Origin: Flavobacteriales bacterium
GTDB taxonomy: Bacteria > Bacteroidota > Bacteroidia > Flavobacteriales_D > Sanyastnellaceae
DNA length: 64,000 nt
Direction of reading: 5' to 3'
Assembly (NCBI GenBank): GCA_947442505.1
Contig: CANEVR010000001.1
Span: 30,305 to 94,304 of the forward strand
Under the pieces are notes generated by a model. That model was not told the DNA's origin. It worked only from the letters and a program-made list of their open reading frames with translations, and did not search any database. Both the position numbers and the translations under genes were made by a program. Positions 62,167 to 64,000 of the stretch are shown piece after piece (the stretch's first letter is position 1; each line of letters starts with the position of its first letter).

Positions 62167-62637
62167 ATGAAAAAAATTATCTGCATCGCAATCGCGGCGC
62201 TACTATCATACACCACTGCAAAAGCCCAAGATGGCTGTTTTTTCGGTGAGCAATTCATCCACTCCAAGACCTCTGATTTGGTCGACCTATATGGCAAAAT
62301 GGAGAAAATGGACAGTGTAGATGTTGTATTGTCTGCCAAAACTGTGACCACTTGCAAAAAGGCGGGATGTTGGATGGAAATTTGCACCAAGGAAAATAAC
62401 CTGAGCACACGAGTATTCATGAAGGACCATGCTTTTGGTGTTCCTTTGGAAGGATGTGAAGGAAAAGACGCCATCATCCATGGCCGCGCTTTTCGATACA
62501 AATTGTCCGTTGAATACCTTCGCCATTTGGCCGAAGATGCGGGTAAAACCAAAGAAGAAATAGAAAAAATCACTGAACCGGAAACAGCGATTGGCTTAGA
62601 TGCTTGGGGCGTGTGGATGGATGTTAAATGCAATTGA
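62167..62637 (+). CDS. DUF4920-like secreted protein
   Basis: Signal peptide MKKIICIAIAALLSYTTAKA and the CKKAGCWM motif typical of DUF4920. Confidence 0.65.
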   Translation: MKKIICIAIAALLSYTTAKAQDGCFFGEQFIHSKTSDLVDLYGKMEKMDSVDVVLSAKTVTTCKKAGCWMEICTKENNLSTRVFMKDHAFGVPLEGCEGKDAIIHGRAFRYKLSVEYLRHLAEDAGKTKEEIEKITEPETAIGLDAWGVWMDVKCN

Positions 62638-63881
62638 TTTTGGAGAATTTAGATCACCCCCTGTCCGCTTATTTATCCAATGGGATTCGGTTTGTACACC
62701 AACCGATGAAGCGAGCCATTGGCCATTGTGGATTGATGATAGGATGCGGCAGCCGCGACGAATTTCCCTTGGAGCATGGATTGGCCCATTACATTGAGCA
62801 CGGCTTATTCAAAGGAACCAAGAAAAGAAACAATACCCAGGTCTTATCTCGACTTGATGCCGTAGGCGGAGAAATCAATGCCTTCACAGCCAAAGAGGAA
62901 ACATGGATACATGCTTCCTTTTTGAATGAGCATACAGAAAGAGCCATTGAGTTGATCGCGGACATCGCTTTGAACAGCGTTTTCGACGATGAGGAGATGG
63001 CCAAGGAAAAGGATGTCATCATTGATGAGATCAATGGTTATAAGGACTCACCTACTGATATGTTGTTTGAAGAGTTGGACGACATGGTATTTCCCAATCA
63101 TCCCATAGGCAGAAGCATATTGGGCACGGAAGAAAGTGTCAAAGGATTTAAGCAGAAGGATGTTGTCTCCTTTTACAAAAGATGTTTTGTGAACCAAAAC
63201 ATGGTATTCAGTTATGCTGGACCCATTGCCTTTGAAAAGATGTTTCATTGGTTGGAGAAATATTTTGAGCGCGTGCCCAGTCAAACGGCGCAGTTCAATC
63301 GACCCGATTATCCGGCTTATGCCAAGGCGCATTTGAAGGTGAACAAAGAAATACACCAAGCCCATTATGGCATGGCGTGCAGAGCACCGCATTTGCATGA
63401 CAAGGAGCGACATGCGTTCATATTGCTCAACAACCTATTGGGTGGGCCAGCGATGAACAATATCTTGAATTTAAAGATCCGTGAGAAGTATGGCATCGCG
63501 TATCAAGTTGATTCCAATTATTCCCCATTCACGGATACGGGGGTATTCTCCATCTATTTGGGAACGGAGGTGCATCAATTGGAGAAGGCGTTGACGCTGA
63601 TTGAAAAAGAATTGGAATTGTTGCGCGAGAAACCATTTGCCCCCAAAACCTTGAATGGGTATAAAACACAACTCAAGGGACAATTGGCCTTGGCTCAAGA
63701 CAGTGGATCGTCGTTGATGTTCAACAATGGAAAAAGCTTATGGGTGTACAACCGCATCCATACGATGCAGGAGGTGTTTGACGTTGTGGATCAAATCACA
63801 CCGGAGGACATTCAGGCGGTGGCTCAGAAGTATTTGGATCCAAAGAAGTTCACATCGTTGACGTATTTGCCGGTGCATTGA
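62628..63881 (+). CDS. M16 family (pitrilysin/insulinase-like) zinc peptidase
   Basis: Inverted zinc motif HxxEH in GLAHYIEHGLFKGT, and full-length resemblance to the M16B family. Confidence 0.9.
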   Translation: MQLILENLDHPLSAYLSNGIRFVHQPMKRAIGHCGLMIGCGSRDEFPLEHGLAHYIEHGLFKGTKKRNNTQVLSRLDAVGGEINAFTAKEETWIHASFLNEHTERAIELIADIALNSVFDDEEMAKEKDVIIDEINGYKDSPTDMLFEELDDMVFPNHPIGRSILGTEESVKGFKQKDVVSFYKRCFVNQNMVFSYAGPIAFEKMFHWLEKYFERVPSQTAQFNRPDYPAYAKAHLKVNKEIHQAHYGMACRAPHLHDKERHAFILLNNLLGGPAMNNILNLKIREKYGIAYQVDSNYSPFTDTGVFSIYLGTEVHQLEKALTLIEKELELLREKPFAPKTLNGYKTQLKGQLALAQDSGSSLMFNNGKSLWVYNRIHTMQEVFDVVDQITPEDIQAVAQKYLDPKKFTSLTYLPVH

Positions 63882-64000
63882 GGTCGGTGCGGCTGAGTTG
63901 AAGATAAGCCTGCGAGTATACTGAGGATAGGGATTGAAGTTCTGTTAGAAATTTACATGCTTTGAGTGGGCAGATTTGTCCAAGGGGAGGATTTGGTTTC

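Overview
The window looks like a low-GC Bacteroidota chromosome segment: type IX secretion C-terminal sorting domains, FISUMP domains, TAnnTTTG -7 promoter boxes, and SPOR/PD40/OmpA envelope proteins. Positions 49.85-64 kb are ordinary core genes: hbd, 2-oxoacid dehydrogenase E1-beta, meaB, a secreted endonuclease I, DUF423, two large TPR/PD40/SPOR/OmpA envelope proteins, DUF4920 and an M16 peptidase. Positions 1-49.7 kb form a dense accessory conflict or defence-type island in which I saw no integrase, transposase, tRNA, rRNA or CRISPR array. The island contains, from left to right: (i) a co-directional array of signal-peptide-less FISUMP, DUF1566-like and LRR proteins, including a recombining family with a constant LigA-type BRCT head; (ii) a GC-richer, translationally coupled six-gene envelope operon (unknown, DUF4407, membrane protein, OmpA-like, transglutaminase-like, DUF350); (iii) three adjacent giant genes sharing an N-terminal HEPN-like (Rx4-6H) module, two of them STAND/NACHT NTPases with small downstream partners and one a membrane protein ending in a FISUMP domain; (iv) an ~8 kb module bracketed by two paralogous small-membrane-protein units, holding a GIY-YIG::YaaA-like fusion, unknown genes, a relic 3' end of a STAND-TPR gene, a UDG-superfamily glycosylase-like gene, an EF-hand protein and a SLOG/DUF2493 protein; (v) a 207-nt tract with no cytosine, followed by heptamer and octamer tandem arrays; (vi) an ADP-ribose-processing cluster (NADAR, unknown, ADP-ribosylglycohydrolase, AAA+); (vii) a three-gene DUF2779 nuclease operon; and (viii) a class II Fic gene and a DUF4143 ATPase. 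All domain calls come from reading motifs by eye in the supplied translations. No database search was run.
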